A stretch of DNA of 64,000 nt from an uncultured Gammaproteobacteria bacterium (lineage in GTDB: Bacteria > Patescibacteriota > Patescibacteriia > UBA9934), in the NCBI GenBank assembly GCA_964613815.1, contig CAZTKG010000001.1, positions 200,895 through 264,894 on the forward strand, given 5' to 3'. The first letter of the stretch is position 1, and every line of letters begins with the position of its first letter. This document shows, piece by piece, positions 11,406-19,250 of the stretch. The position numbers and the translations under genes were made by a program. The notes under the pieces are model-generated. The model was given only the letters and a program-made list of their open reading frames with translations, ran no database searches and was not told where the DNA came from.

Positions 11406-11762
11406 CTACAGCGAGCCGAGCGGAACCTGCACGATGTCATATTCTCCGCATCTGGCGAGTTGCTGCCTAGCACAGTGTGCCGGGACCTCGTGGAATTCTC
11501 CGTGCATCTGAACGTATGTCGCTACCCATTCCGGAAGATCCTCTCTGCGCACTCTGCGGCAGCTGACCTCCCTCAAGAATTCGAATCGCTCTCTGAGAAC
11601 GGGGGCGCAGAGACGTGTCATTGCACCGATCTCGAAGCTGTTCACACTTCTGCCCACCATGTGAGTGAGGATGTCTTGAATCCCACCTATGTGGCGCGTT
11701 GAGAGCAATTGACCGGTTACAATGGAGAGGAGGTCGGAGAGGTGGAAAGCGCGAGCTTGCAT
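11406..11762 (-). CDS. Hypothetical protein resembling a small phage-associated family
   Basis: FHLSDLLSIVTGQLLSTRHIGGIQDILTHMVG motif; resemblance recalled from memory, not searched. Confidence 0.65.
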   Translation of the reverse strand: MQARAFHLSDLLSIVTGQLLSTRHIGGIQDILTHMVGRSVNSFEIGAMTRLCAPVLRERFEFLREVSCRRVRREDLPEWVATYVQMHGEFHEVPAHCARQQLARCGEYDIVQVPLGSL

Positions 11763-11877
11763 ATAAGTCCCCTTTTTTGTAGGCGATTTGTTGCGCAGCA
11801 AAGATACCAACTTTTTGCCGATTTGTCAATGCTATGGAGTAATTTTTGCCATAAAAAATTGCACGCCTTACTGCGTG

Positions 11878-12198
11878 CTAGTCGATGCTCTTCGCACCAA
11901 CCAAGAGGTCGTGCAGGTCTGAGAGCTTGATCTTGATCATGTCAGTCCCCGCCTCTATGTGCATGGAAATCGGGATCACGGTGCCGAGCAGCTTGCCGAT
12001 TTCCGCCAGGATCTCCTCTTCAGCCCTTGTCGGGAAACCCCCTTCGCAAACCATGACCGTGATCAGCGTGTCATGCTCTGCGCTGTGCGCCTGCGCAATC
12101 ATCGCCCTGGCCCGGCTCCCTGCGTAGCCTTCTCGATACTCTCTCATCGTTCGCGTTGTTTGCGCGTGGAGCCGAGCTCCGAGGTCTGTCAGTGCCAT
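11878..12198 (-). CDS. Hypothetical protein, likely paralog of 10352-10678
   Basis: GGAGG SD before ATG 12198 (MALTDL). Confidence 0.65.
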   Translation of the reverse strand: MALTDLGARLHAQTTRTMREYREGYAGSRARAMIAQAHSAEHDTLITVMVCEGGFPTRAEEEILAEIGKLLGTVIPISMHIEAGTDMIKIKLSDLHDLLVGAKSID

Positions 12199-12261
12199 AC
12201 TTCCTCCTGGAAAGAACGTATGATTCGTCACATCTGAGATGCGCGATGTCAATACCGCCTA

Positions 12262-12407
12262 CATCCTGAGGAGGGAGAGCGCAGCCACGTCGCTCGCGAG
12301 CGACGTGGCGTAGCCGACTGACGGAAGGATCTCGTGCCGCGCGGCATGGACGTCGGTGTCCGTACGGGATCCTTCCGCCGAGGGGACCGCCCCCTCGACT
12401 CAGGATG
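12262..12407. repeat. REP-like family B inverted doublet with nested 26-bp perfect palindrome (12284-12309)
   Basis: CATCCTGAGGAGGG...CTGACGGAAGGATC / GATCCTTCCG...CTCAGGATG. Confidence 0.85.
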
Positions 12408-12416
12408 GTGGACAAC

Positions 12417-12445
12417 TTGACACGCCCCCTCCCCTTCGCTATCAT
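12417..12445 (+). promoter_or_regulatory. Sigma70 promoter of tRNA-Glu
   Basis: TTGACA-17-TATCAT. Confidence 0.7.
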
Positions 12446-12492
12446 CACGTCACGATTTCCCGCGCGACGCCTTGAAGTATTACGCGTATCAA

Positions 12493-12567
12493 GGCCCCAT
12501 CGTCTAATGGTTAGGACGCAAGGTTCTCATCCTTGAAATCGGGGTTCGATTCCCCGTGGGGTCACCA
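12493..12567 (+). tRNA. tRNA-Glu (anticodon CTC)
   Basis: Acceptor stem GGCCCCA/TGGGGTC, anticodon arm CAAGG-TTCTCAT-CCTTG, T loop GGTTCGATT, encoded CCA. Confidence 0.97.
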
Positions 12568-12597
12568 AAAAACATGCACTTTGGTGCGTGTTTTTTG
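12568..12597 (+). terminator. Intrinsic terminator after tRNA
   Basis: AAAAACATGCAC-tttg-GTGCGTGTTTTTT. Confidence 0.7.
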
Positions 12598-12646
12598 TTT
12601 TGACTTAACAAACAAAAAACTCAACCAAGCCAGGTTGAGTAGTTGA

Positions 12647-13600
12647 TCAATGAACCGTTTTCGTAGAGCTATCGATGTTCACGCTGGGAATGAAGTCGCC
12701 TGCATCTAGCGCTGCACCCCCCTGCGAAATCACTACGTCTGACGTGATCAAACTTGCAGTAAAAATCGCACCAACCGAAGCACCGATGTCTACTTCGATA
12801 ACGAGAGCGAGTGCACTTCCTGGCGTCATAGCTTCGTCAGCCTCAAAGATGACAGTCTGACATGCGTCGCTGTCGCCCGCGTCAGTGTCGAGCTCGAGTG
12901 GTCCAGCTATCACAGTTCCGCCACTTTCGGCTATCTTGAGATTTGTGATATTGCCGTGACCGCCCGTGTTGATTAGCCCGTCATCGTCTAGATCTGACGC
13001 ACCCGGGTCATCATCTTCCTCGTCAGGCGGATCACCATCTCCGTCGTCATCTGCGCAGAATTTTATCGGAACATCTTCCATCAGGACATCTGCATCTGAC
13101 GTGATGATGAGTTCTAGCAAGGATACATTGAGGTCTCCAGAAGATGCGTACCCTGCGCTTGGGCCGAGAGATACGATGATGATCTCCGCCGTGGGGCATT
13201 CGAGAATGCTCGCGTCGGTATCGTCGCAGTCGTCCGCGAGAATGAGTCCGTCATTGTCGAGATCGTCGTCTGGCGTTGTGATGTCACAATCGTTGTCGAA
13301 CGTGTCGTATGGAACCTCAGTGGCGCCGGGATTGATGTCTGCATCCGTGTCGTTGCAGTCTCTGGCACCACGTGCTCTCACGTAGCCAGTGACACTACGT
13401 AAACAAGTGTGTATCGCCCCGGGTGGAGAGCCGTAGCCGTCGCTGTCGCTGTCAGGAAGGTGCCATATGCGTCTTGATGCGTATGGATTTGGATTGAGCG
13501 GACGACAGTCCACCGCGTCTACAATTCCATCGTTATCAGCGTCGTTCTCAAGAGAGCCTGCAAAGGTGAATGCGATCAGAATCGGGAAAAAGAGCGTCAT
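12647..13600 (-). CDS. Secreted acidic protein with MopE-like putative metal-binding repeats
   Basis: Signal peptide; DSDSDGYG, DCNDTDADINPGATEVPYDTFDNDCD, DLDNDG..DCDD. Confidence 0.8.
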   Translation of the reverse strand: MTLFFPILIAFTFAGSLENDADNDGIVDAVDCRPLNPNPYASRRIWHLPDSDSDGYGSPPGAIHTCLRSVTGYVRARGARDCNDTDADINPGATEVPYDTFDNDCDITTPDDDLDNDGLILADDCDDTDASILECPTAEIIIVSLGPSAGYASSGDLNVSLLELIITSDADVLMEDVPIKFCADDDGDGDPPDEEDDDPGASDLDDDGLINTGGHGNITNLKIAESGGTVIAGPLELDTDAGDSDACQTVIFEADEAMTPGSALALVIEVDIGASVGAIFTASLITSDVVISQGGAALDAGDFIPSVNIDSSTKTVH

Positions 13601-13884
13601 TTCGTATTCCTTTTTGGGGTTACTTGATGTGAGCGTGGTATAGCATTATTTCACCCTTTTGTCTAGCCTTTGGTGTGAAAGGGGTCAGGTCGTGTATCGT
13701 GACATTTTTGGAGCTTGCCTCATTGTGAAATGGTAGGATGAACAGCCCCCTATGCTGCGCCTGATTTTGAAAATTGTCACGATACACGACCCGACCCCAT
13801 CCACTACTCGATCATCGCCGCGATGTGCTATTACGCTGGAGCCACGGTCGCGACCCTCCGCTGAACGCCTCCGCCGCCCCATAG

Positions 13885-13917
13885 AGCGCCCTGCTCTGCG
13901 GGGCGTTTCTTTTTTTG
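13885..13917 (+). terminator. Intrinsic terminator-like hairpin
   Basis: GCGCCCTGC-tct-GCGGGGCGT followed by a T-run. Confidence 0.55.
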
Positions 13918-13930
13918 ACCCTGACCCTGC

Positions 13931-14003
13931 CCCATCTCGACCTTGTGGAGAGATCTTACCTCTGCGCTGTCCGAAGAGATCTCTCGGCTACGCTCGAGAT
14001 GGG
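13931..14003. repeat. REP-like family A inverted doublet
   Basis: CCCATCTCGACCTTGTGGAGAGATCT...AGATCTCTCGGCTACGCTCGAGATGGG. Confidence 0.9.
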
Positions 14004-14055
14004 AAGAGACATTTTCCAAAATTAAAACCGCAGAGCGAATCTGCGGGATGGGGGC

Positions 14056-14511
14056 TCAAGGGGAAGCGGACACGGGGATGGGGCTCAGGGGCAGCTCGGG
14101 CACGTGCAGCCAGGCTGGGATGGCGCGGCGGCGCCTGGACCAGTTGAGGAATGCGCGTGAGAGGCTCGCCATCCAGGTCAGGCCGACTTCGAAGTCGTTT
14201 GACTTGGCGTCTTCGTCCATGCCGGCGAGGTCGAACCCTTCTGGAGCGCGGTCGGGGAGCACCATACGCTGGCACTCGTACCCTGCACCGTCATCCAACT
14301 TGCGGATGCCGATGATTGCGCACGACTGACGAGGGTCTCTCCCCTGTGTGAGAACGAGCGAAACTGCGGTGCAGTCTGCGCGTTCTGAGGGGATGATGCG
14401 GAGGATCATGCCTGCGTGCTCTGCGGCGTTTCCGCGGAATTGGGCGTAGAGCCCGATCCTTCCGTATGCGGCAGCGAAGAGTTCCTGTGTCGCTTCCGAG
14501 ATGTCGTTCAT
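14056..14511 (-). CDS. Hypothetical protein
   Basis: GGAG SD before ATG 14511 (MNDISE); TTGACA upstream. Confidence 0.6.
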   Translation of the reverse strand: MNDISEATQELFAAAYGRIGLYAQFRGNAAEHAGMILRIIPSERADCTAVSLVLTQGRDPRQSCAIIGIRKLDDGAGYECQRMVLPDRAPEGFDLAGMDEDAKSNDFEVGLTWMASLSRAFLNWSRRRRAIPAWLHVPELPLSPIPVSASP

Positions 14512-14638
14512 GCAGTCTCCTTTTTTGCGAGAACGTGAGAGGGATATTGCCATGGATTTTGTATTTTGTCAAGCCTGAGATTTCAATCTTGATTATTTCT
14601 GCATGTTTGGTATATTTTTGATACTTCCCTGGAGAAGC

Positions 14639-14965
14639 ATGTCACTTTCGTCTGCTATGGATCGGCTCGGTATCAGCGATGGACCCGGCCTTGCTCGGCA
14701 AAATGCGTACAAGAAGAAGCAGCTGGCTCATGCTCAAGCCGACGAGCAGGCCGAGGTCTTTCGCGGCATGAGCTATGCGGAGCAGTGCGCGTGGTGCAGA
14801 TCGCTCACGGAGAAGCCTGGGCTTTCGTGCTCTGATGCGATGAGAAGCGATGAGCTTGTGCAGGTCGCCGTCCATGACGAGCATACATGGCCCTTCCATC
14901 GTACGACGGCCTTTCTCGATATTTGGTCTGGTACGTACTACGGCTGGGCCCACGAACGCGTGTAA
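14639..14965 (+). CDS. Hypothetical protein
   Basis: GGAG SD before ATG 14639; terminator hairpin directly after stop. Confidence 0.6.
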   Translation: MSLSSAMDRLGISDGPGLARQNAYKKKQLAHAQADEQAEVFRGMSYAEQCAWCRSLTEKPGLSCSDAMRSDELVQVAVHDEHTWPFHRTTAFLDIWSGTYYGWAHERV

Positions 14966-15016
14966 CGCTCGGATGGGCGTTCTTTTTTTTGGATGAAAAA
15001 AGAGCCCAGATCGGGC

Positions 15017-15874
15017 TTATTCTTGTTCGTGTGCCTCGAGAAGCGGCGCAATTCCCTCTGTCTCCATTGCGGCGAGCATCTTCCAGTTCGCGTCGTCAAA
15101 GACCGTTGTATGCCCAACCAATCTCTTTCGCTGGCGGACGAGTGTTTCGGCTGTGACTTGGCTGCTGAGATCGATCTCTCCCAGTCGAGCCTCCGCGAGC
15201 ATCCCGTCCGCGATGGCGAACTCGGCGAGCCAGAATGCCTCTTCGTCCACATATGCGGCGTGAGCGCGCTCCGCGGCCTTCATGTCTCCCCTACCATGCC
15301 TTGCGCGTTCGCAGGCTATGTTCGATTGCTTCGCTTGGCTGTCGCCGTGACTTGTAATGATCGTGAAGACTCTTATGATCGCGGTTCGGCTGTCGGCATT
15401 GAATGCAGCTGTTCGAGTTCTAATGACATCGCCCGCCCTCTTGTTCAAATGCCTCGTTGCGGGGGCGTAGCCGTATGGCGCGAGGACTGTCCAGAAAAGG
15501 CGACTCCAAGCTGGCGTCTGCATGAGCCTTCGAAGACCGGTGAGGTCTTTTGATGCCTTGTCGATCTCTTCTTTGTTCATCTTGTACGTCAAGAGGTTGA
15601 ACAAGAGATAGAGCGTCACCACGAACATGGCGCTGAAGCTCATGCTGACCCTCATGAATAGCAGAACTGCGTAGGCTCCTGCCATGAGACTCGCGAGCCC
15701 ATTGAGCATGACTGTCCTTTGCTCGAAGACGGTGAGTAGCACTCTATCCTCACAAAGCTGAAAGAGATCGTCCAGGGCCTTGCGGATGTTTTTGAATGCG
15801 CCCATCTGTCCCGTGAGCGGCATGAATCGTCTGAAGTCGTACGGATGAGCTTCGGCTGCGATGTCGTCTGACAT
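15017..15874 (-). CDS. Hypothetical membrane protein, 2 TM plus helical C-terminal domain
   Basis: 285-aa ORF, GGAG SD, two hydrophobic segments. Confidence 0.7.
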   Translation of the reverse strand: MSDDIAAEAHPYDFRRFMPLTGQMGAFKNIRKALDDLFQLCEDRVLLTVFEQRTVMLNGLASLMAGAYAVLLFMRVSMSFSAMFVVTLYLLFNLLTYKMNKEEIDKASKDLTGLRRLMQTPAWSRLFWTVLAPYGYAPATRHLNKRAGDVIRTRTAAFNADSRTAIIRVFTIITSHGDSQAKQSNIACERARHGRGDMKAAERAHAAYVDEEAFWLAEFAIADGMLAEARLGEIDLSSQVTAETLVRQRKRLVGHTTVFDDANWKMLAAMETEGIAPLLEAHEQE

Positions 15875-15943
15875 TGTTTCTCCAAAAGAAAGAACGATAG
15901 GTTTAGCCTATCGTGTCAATCTATTTCTGACAAATGATAACCT

Positions 15944-16888
15944 CTACATCAAATTAAACAACTTCCCGATGAAGAGGGCGTAGATGACGAGGTACATCGC
16001 GCCTTCGTAGCTGTGCATGCGCTTGCTGATGCCTCCGATGATGAAGAGGAGGGTTGCGACGATGAGGACCGGGATACCAAGGGTTAGCGTGCTGTGGTCG
16101 ATCGCGATTGTTGTGAATAAGCCCGGGAGGCCAACGACGAGGAGGAGGTTGAAGACGTTTGAGCCGAAGATGTTTCCGAGGGCGACGTCTGACTTTCCTG
16201 CAAGCGCGGCTTTGACGGAGACGATGAGTTCTGGGAGCGATGTTCCGACCGCGACGGCTGCGAGAGAGATAGCCCCGACGCCGATGTCGAAAATGGTCGC
16301 GAGCTCGATGACGGAATCAACGAGGTACTTTGCGCCGAAAATGAGACCTAGGAGGCCGAGGATAAGGAAGAGGATGTCTGCGGCGACGATTTTTGGACGC
16401 TTTGCTTTCTTTTTTCTAGCGCGCTTTTTGGTGGACTCGTCTTTGTAGGTGATCGAGTAGATGAAATAGATGAAAAACGCAACCATGAGGAGCATGGACT
16501 CGATGCGCGTGATTTGTCCATCCATAGCAACGCCGAGGAAGAGGACGGTTGTTGCGGCAAGGAGCGGGAGGTCGAGGTCGATGAGGTCTTTTGAGACCAC
16601 GAGCTTCCGGCCGATGAGTGCACTAACTCCTACAACGAGGAGGATGTTGGCGATGTTGGAACCGATGGCGTTTGCGGCGACCATCTCTGTGACGCCCTGC
16701 ATGGTGGCAACGATGGATGAGATAACCTCGGGGAGCGAGGTTCCGAGGCCGACGATGACGACGCCGATGACGAAGGAAGAGAGCCCTGCGGCGAGGCCGA
16801 TTTTTTCGGCGCTTTTTAGGAGCCAGCCTGCGCCTTTGACGAGGACAACGAGGGATAACAAAAATACCCCCAGCCAGAATAGAATCAT
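15944..16888 (-). CDS. Ca2+/Na+ antiporter, YrbG/CaCA family
   Basis: Two alpha repeats GTSLPE and GSNIAN/GSNVFN. Confidence 0.93.
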   Translation of the reverse strand: MILFWLGVFLLSLVVLVKGAGWLLKSAEKIGLAAGLSSFVIGVVIVGLGTSLPEVISSIVATMQGVTEMVAANAIGSNIANILLVVGVSALIGRKLVVSKDLIDLDLPLLAATTVLFLGVAMDGQITRIESMLLMVAFFIYFIYSITYKDESTKKRARKKKAKRPKIVAADILFLILGLLGLIFGAKYLVDSVIELATIFDIGVGAISLAAVAVGTSLPELIVSVKAALAGKSDVALGNIFGSNVFNLLLVVGLPGLFTTIAIDHSTLTLGIPVLIVATLLFIIGGISKRMHSYEGAMYLVIYALFIGKLFNLM

Positions 16889-16923
16889 ATGCTAGGAGTA
16901 TATCATGTCGGTCAACCTCGAAG

Positions 16924-17025
16924 AGATCTCTCCACTCCCTTTGGTCGGTCGAGATGGGGGGCGGAGGGACTTGTTAATAAACACGTTCCGCCCTCTCCCA
17001 TCTCGACCTTGTGGAGAGATCTTGC
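16924..17025. repeat. REP-like family A pair (tag-to-tag) downstream of the GIY-YIG gene
   Basis: AGATCTCTCCAC...GGTCGAGATGGG (16924-16958) and CCCATCTCGACCTTGTGGAGAGATCT (16997-17022). Confidence 0.9.
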
Positions 17026-17027
17026 AG

Positions 17028-17318
17028 CTATACAATGTAAAAATACAAATCCCTCCTCTCTTTATTCGTCCTGTCGATCAACCAATCCTTCTTTTTTCGT
17101 GACCACTTCTTCAATTGGATCTCACGCTCTCTTGCGCCGTCGTAATCACCTCCGGCTTCGAAGTAAACGAGTTTTGTTGCGTTGTATTTCTGTGAAAAAC
17201 CTTCGACTGCCTTTGCTTTATGTTCGTGCACTCTGCGGATAAGATCACTTGTGCAGCCAATGTACAGCACCGTATCGCCCGGGTTGGCCATGATATATAT
17301 GCAGTATTCCTCCTCCAT
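17028..17318 (-). CDS. Stand-alone GIY-YIG nuclease (YhbQ/UPF0213-like)
   Basis: YCIYIMAN...LYIGCTSDLIRRVHEHK...AREREIQLKKWSRKKK; start at MEEEY. Confidence 0.92.
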   Translation of the reverse strand: MEEEYCIYIMANPGDTVLYIGCTSDLIRRVHEHKAKAVEGFSQKYNATKLVYFEAGGDYDGAREREIQLKKWSRKKKDWLIDRTNKERRDLYFYIV

Positions 17319-17334
17319 AAATAAAGATAATACC

Positions 17335-17415
17335 CCCTCTCCCATCTCGACCTTGCGGAGAGATCTTGCGCCTGCCGCTATCAGATCTCTCGACTACGCT
17401 CGAGATGGGAGGGGT
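17335..17415. repeat. REP-like family A inverted doublet upstream of the GIY-YIG gene
   Basis: CCCATCTCGACCTTGCGGAGAGATCT...AGATCTCTCGACTACGCTCGAGATGGGAGGGGT. Confidence 0.9.
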
Positions 17416-17424
17416 GCGGAAGAT

Positions 17425-17700
17425 CTATTTTAACTTTTCAATGATCTCCGGAATATCATTCACCGACACCTCCCCGAGCCATTCATTGTTCGGCATGACG
17501 ATGACTGTCACGCCCGTGAGACAGTTGCCGAGGCAGGAGCTTTTGATGACGCGGACGTCTGTATATTCTGCTGCTGCAGCCATTTTGAGTTCGTGGTAGA
17601 GATTTTCTGACCCGCGCTTCATGCAGCAGTCCATGTCGCCCTCGCGCTCACGTTGGCAGACGAGGACGAGTTTTCGGAAGGGATTATTTGCTGGAATCAT
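17425..17700 (-). CDS. Thioredoxin-like [2Fe-2S] ferredoxin
   Basis: VLVC...CCMKRGS...SSCLGNC. Confidence 0.8.
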   Translation of the reverse strand: MIPANNPFRKLVLVCQREREGDMDCCMKRGSENLYHELKMAAAAEYTDVRVIKSSCLGNCLTGVTVIVMPNNEWLGEVSVNDIPEIIEKLK

Positions 17701-18442
17701 TTTGGACGGATTTACTGAATGTTTCGAAGGCTTTTACGACCTCAAGCGGAATCGCGAAGATGACCGTGTTTGACTGGTCGGATGAGAGGTCGTTTAGGGT
17801 TGAAAGCGTTCGAAGGTGGAGGGCGCCTGGAGACTTTGCGAGCATTGTCGCTGCTTCTTTGAGGTTTGTTGCTGCCTGCACCTCTCCCTGTGCCTTGATG
17901 ACGACAGCGCGTCGCTCTCGCTCTGCCTCTGCTTGTTTTGCGATTGTTCGCTTCATTTCTTCTGGAAGCGTGATGTCTTTGAGCTCAACATTATCAACCT
18001 GAATTCCCCACGGGTCTGTGAGCGAATCTACGAGTTCTTTGATCTTTCTTGATGCCTCATCTCGCTTTGTGAGGAGTTCGTCGAGATCCATCTCTCCCAC
18101 AACGTTCCGCATGGTTGTTTGCGCGAGTTGGGATACCGCGTGCTTGAAGTGCTCTACTTCGATGATGGCCTTTTCTGCATCTTTGACCTTGTAGTAGAGA
18201 ACCGCGTTGATGCGTGCGGAGATATTGTCTTTTGTGATCGCTTCTTGATCTGGCACATCAACCGCTTTGACGCGGATGTCGACCTTTTTCATGGACTGAA
18301 AAACGGGAATCACGAGACGCCATCCTGGCTGGAGCGTCTTTGTGTAGCGACCGAGCTGAAATTTGACCCCTCTTTGGTATTCGTTGATTTGGCGAATGCT
18401 AATGAGAATTATAAAAACGACGAGGTAAATCAAGTATTGCAT
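17684..18442 (-). CDS. SPFH/stomatin (slipin) family protein
   Basis: QLAQTTMRNVVG, PWGIQV, KQAEAERERRA. Confidence 0.93.
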   Translation of the reverse strand: MQYLIYLVVFIILISIRQINEYQRGVKFQLGRYTKTLQPGWRLVIPVFQSMKKVDIRVKAVDVPDQEAITKDNISARINAVLYYKVKDAEKAIIEVEHFKHAVSQLAQTTMRNVVGEMDLDELLTKRDEASRKIKELVDSLTDPWGIQVDNVELKDITLPEEMKRTIAKQAEAERERRAVVIKAQGEVQAATNLKEAATMLAKSPGALHLRTLSTLNDLSSDQSNTVIFAIPLEVVKAFETFSKSVQNDSSK

Positions 18443-18452
18443 ACGCTTCGGT

Positions 18453-19235
18453 TTAGATTATGATCAAAATGATGATCGCTACCGCAATTCGGTAAAGCGA
18501 GAACCAACCGTAGCTGATTTTTGCCACCATTGCAAGGAGAAAACGTATGGCTAGAGTCCCCGCAAAGAAGGCGGAGATGAAGCCAGCGATGATGATTGGG
18601 AGGGGGGTTTCTAGACCTGTCGTGATGACATCGAGGAAGGTGACGAGGCCTGCGCCGGCGATTGCAGGTATGGCGAGGAGGAAGGAGAAGCGGGCGGCGG
18701 CGGTTCTTGAGAGGCCGGCGAGGAGGCCTCCGGTGATGGTGATGCCTGAGCGTGATGTTCCTGGGATGAGGGCGAGCATTTGCATGCAGCCGATGGCGAT
18801 TGCTTTGGTCCAGGTGAGGGTTTCGATGTTTTCTGTGGTCTTTTTGGATGAGGCGAATCTGTCGGCAGCCCAAAGCGCGATACCCCAGACGATGAGGCCT
18901 GTAGCGATGGCTTCTGGGGAGCGTATGAGGTCGATATCGAATACTGATAGGGCTACGCCGAGAATGCCCACTGGGATGGTTGCGATGATGATTTTGGCGA
19001 GGAGGGAGTTTTCTTTCTTGGTTTTGCAGGTTTTGATGAGGTCGGCGATGTCGGTCCTGAGAACCCAGATGATGGCGAGGAGGGTTGCGACGTGGACGGC
19101 GACGTCAAAATCCATCCCCTGCTCGGACCAGCCGAGGAGCTTGGGGATGAAGATGAGGTGGCCCGAAGAGGAGATCGGAAGGAATTCCGTGATCCCCTGG
19201 ACGGCGCCGAGGATGATGGGTTCGAGGAGTTGCAT
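18453..19235 (-). CDS. uppP: Undecaprenyl-diphosphate phosphatase
   Basis: QGITEFLPISSSGHL, PGTSRSG, ARFSFLLAIP. Confidence 0.96.
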   Translation of the reverse strand: MQLLEPIILGAVQGITEFLPISSSGHLIFIPKLLGWSEQGMDFDVAVHVATLLAIIWVLRTDIADLIKTCKTKKENSLLAKIIIATIPVGILGVALSVFDIDLIRSPEAIATGLIVWGIALWAADRFASSKKTTENIETLTWTKAIAIGCMQMLALIPGTSRSGITITGGLLAGLSRTAAARFSFLLAIPAIAGAGLVTFLDVITTGLETPLPIIIAGFISAFFAGTLAIRFLLAMVAKISYGWFSLYRIAVAIIILIII

Positions 19236-19250
19236 GCGTGTTTTTGACGT

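Noticed and set aside
13685-14329. ORFs 13752-14147 and 13943-14329
   Set aside because: Run through a terminator and a repeat and overlap 14056-14511; no coherent coding signal
12493-15900. Prophage or integrative element at tRNA-Glu
   Set aside because: No integrase, structural genes or duplicated att sequence seen
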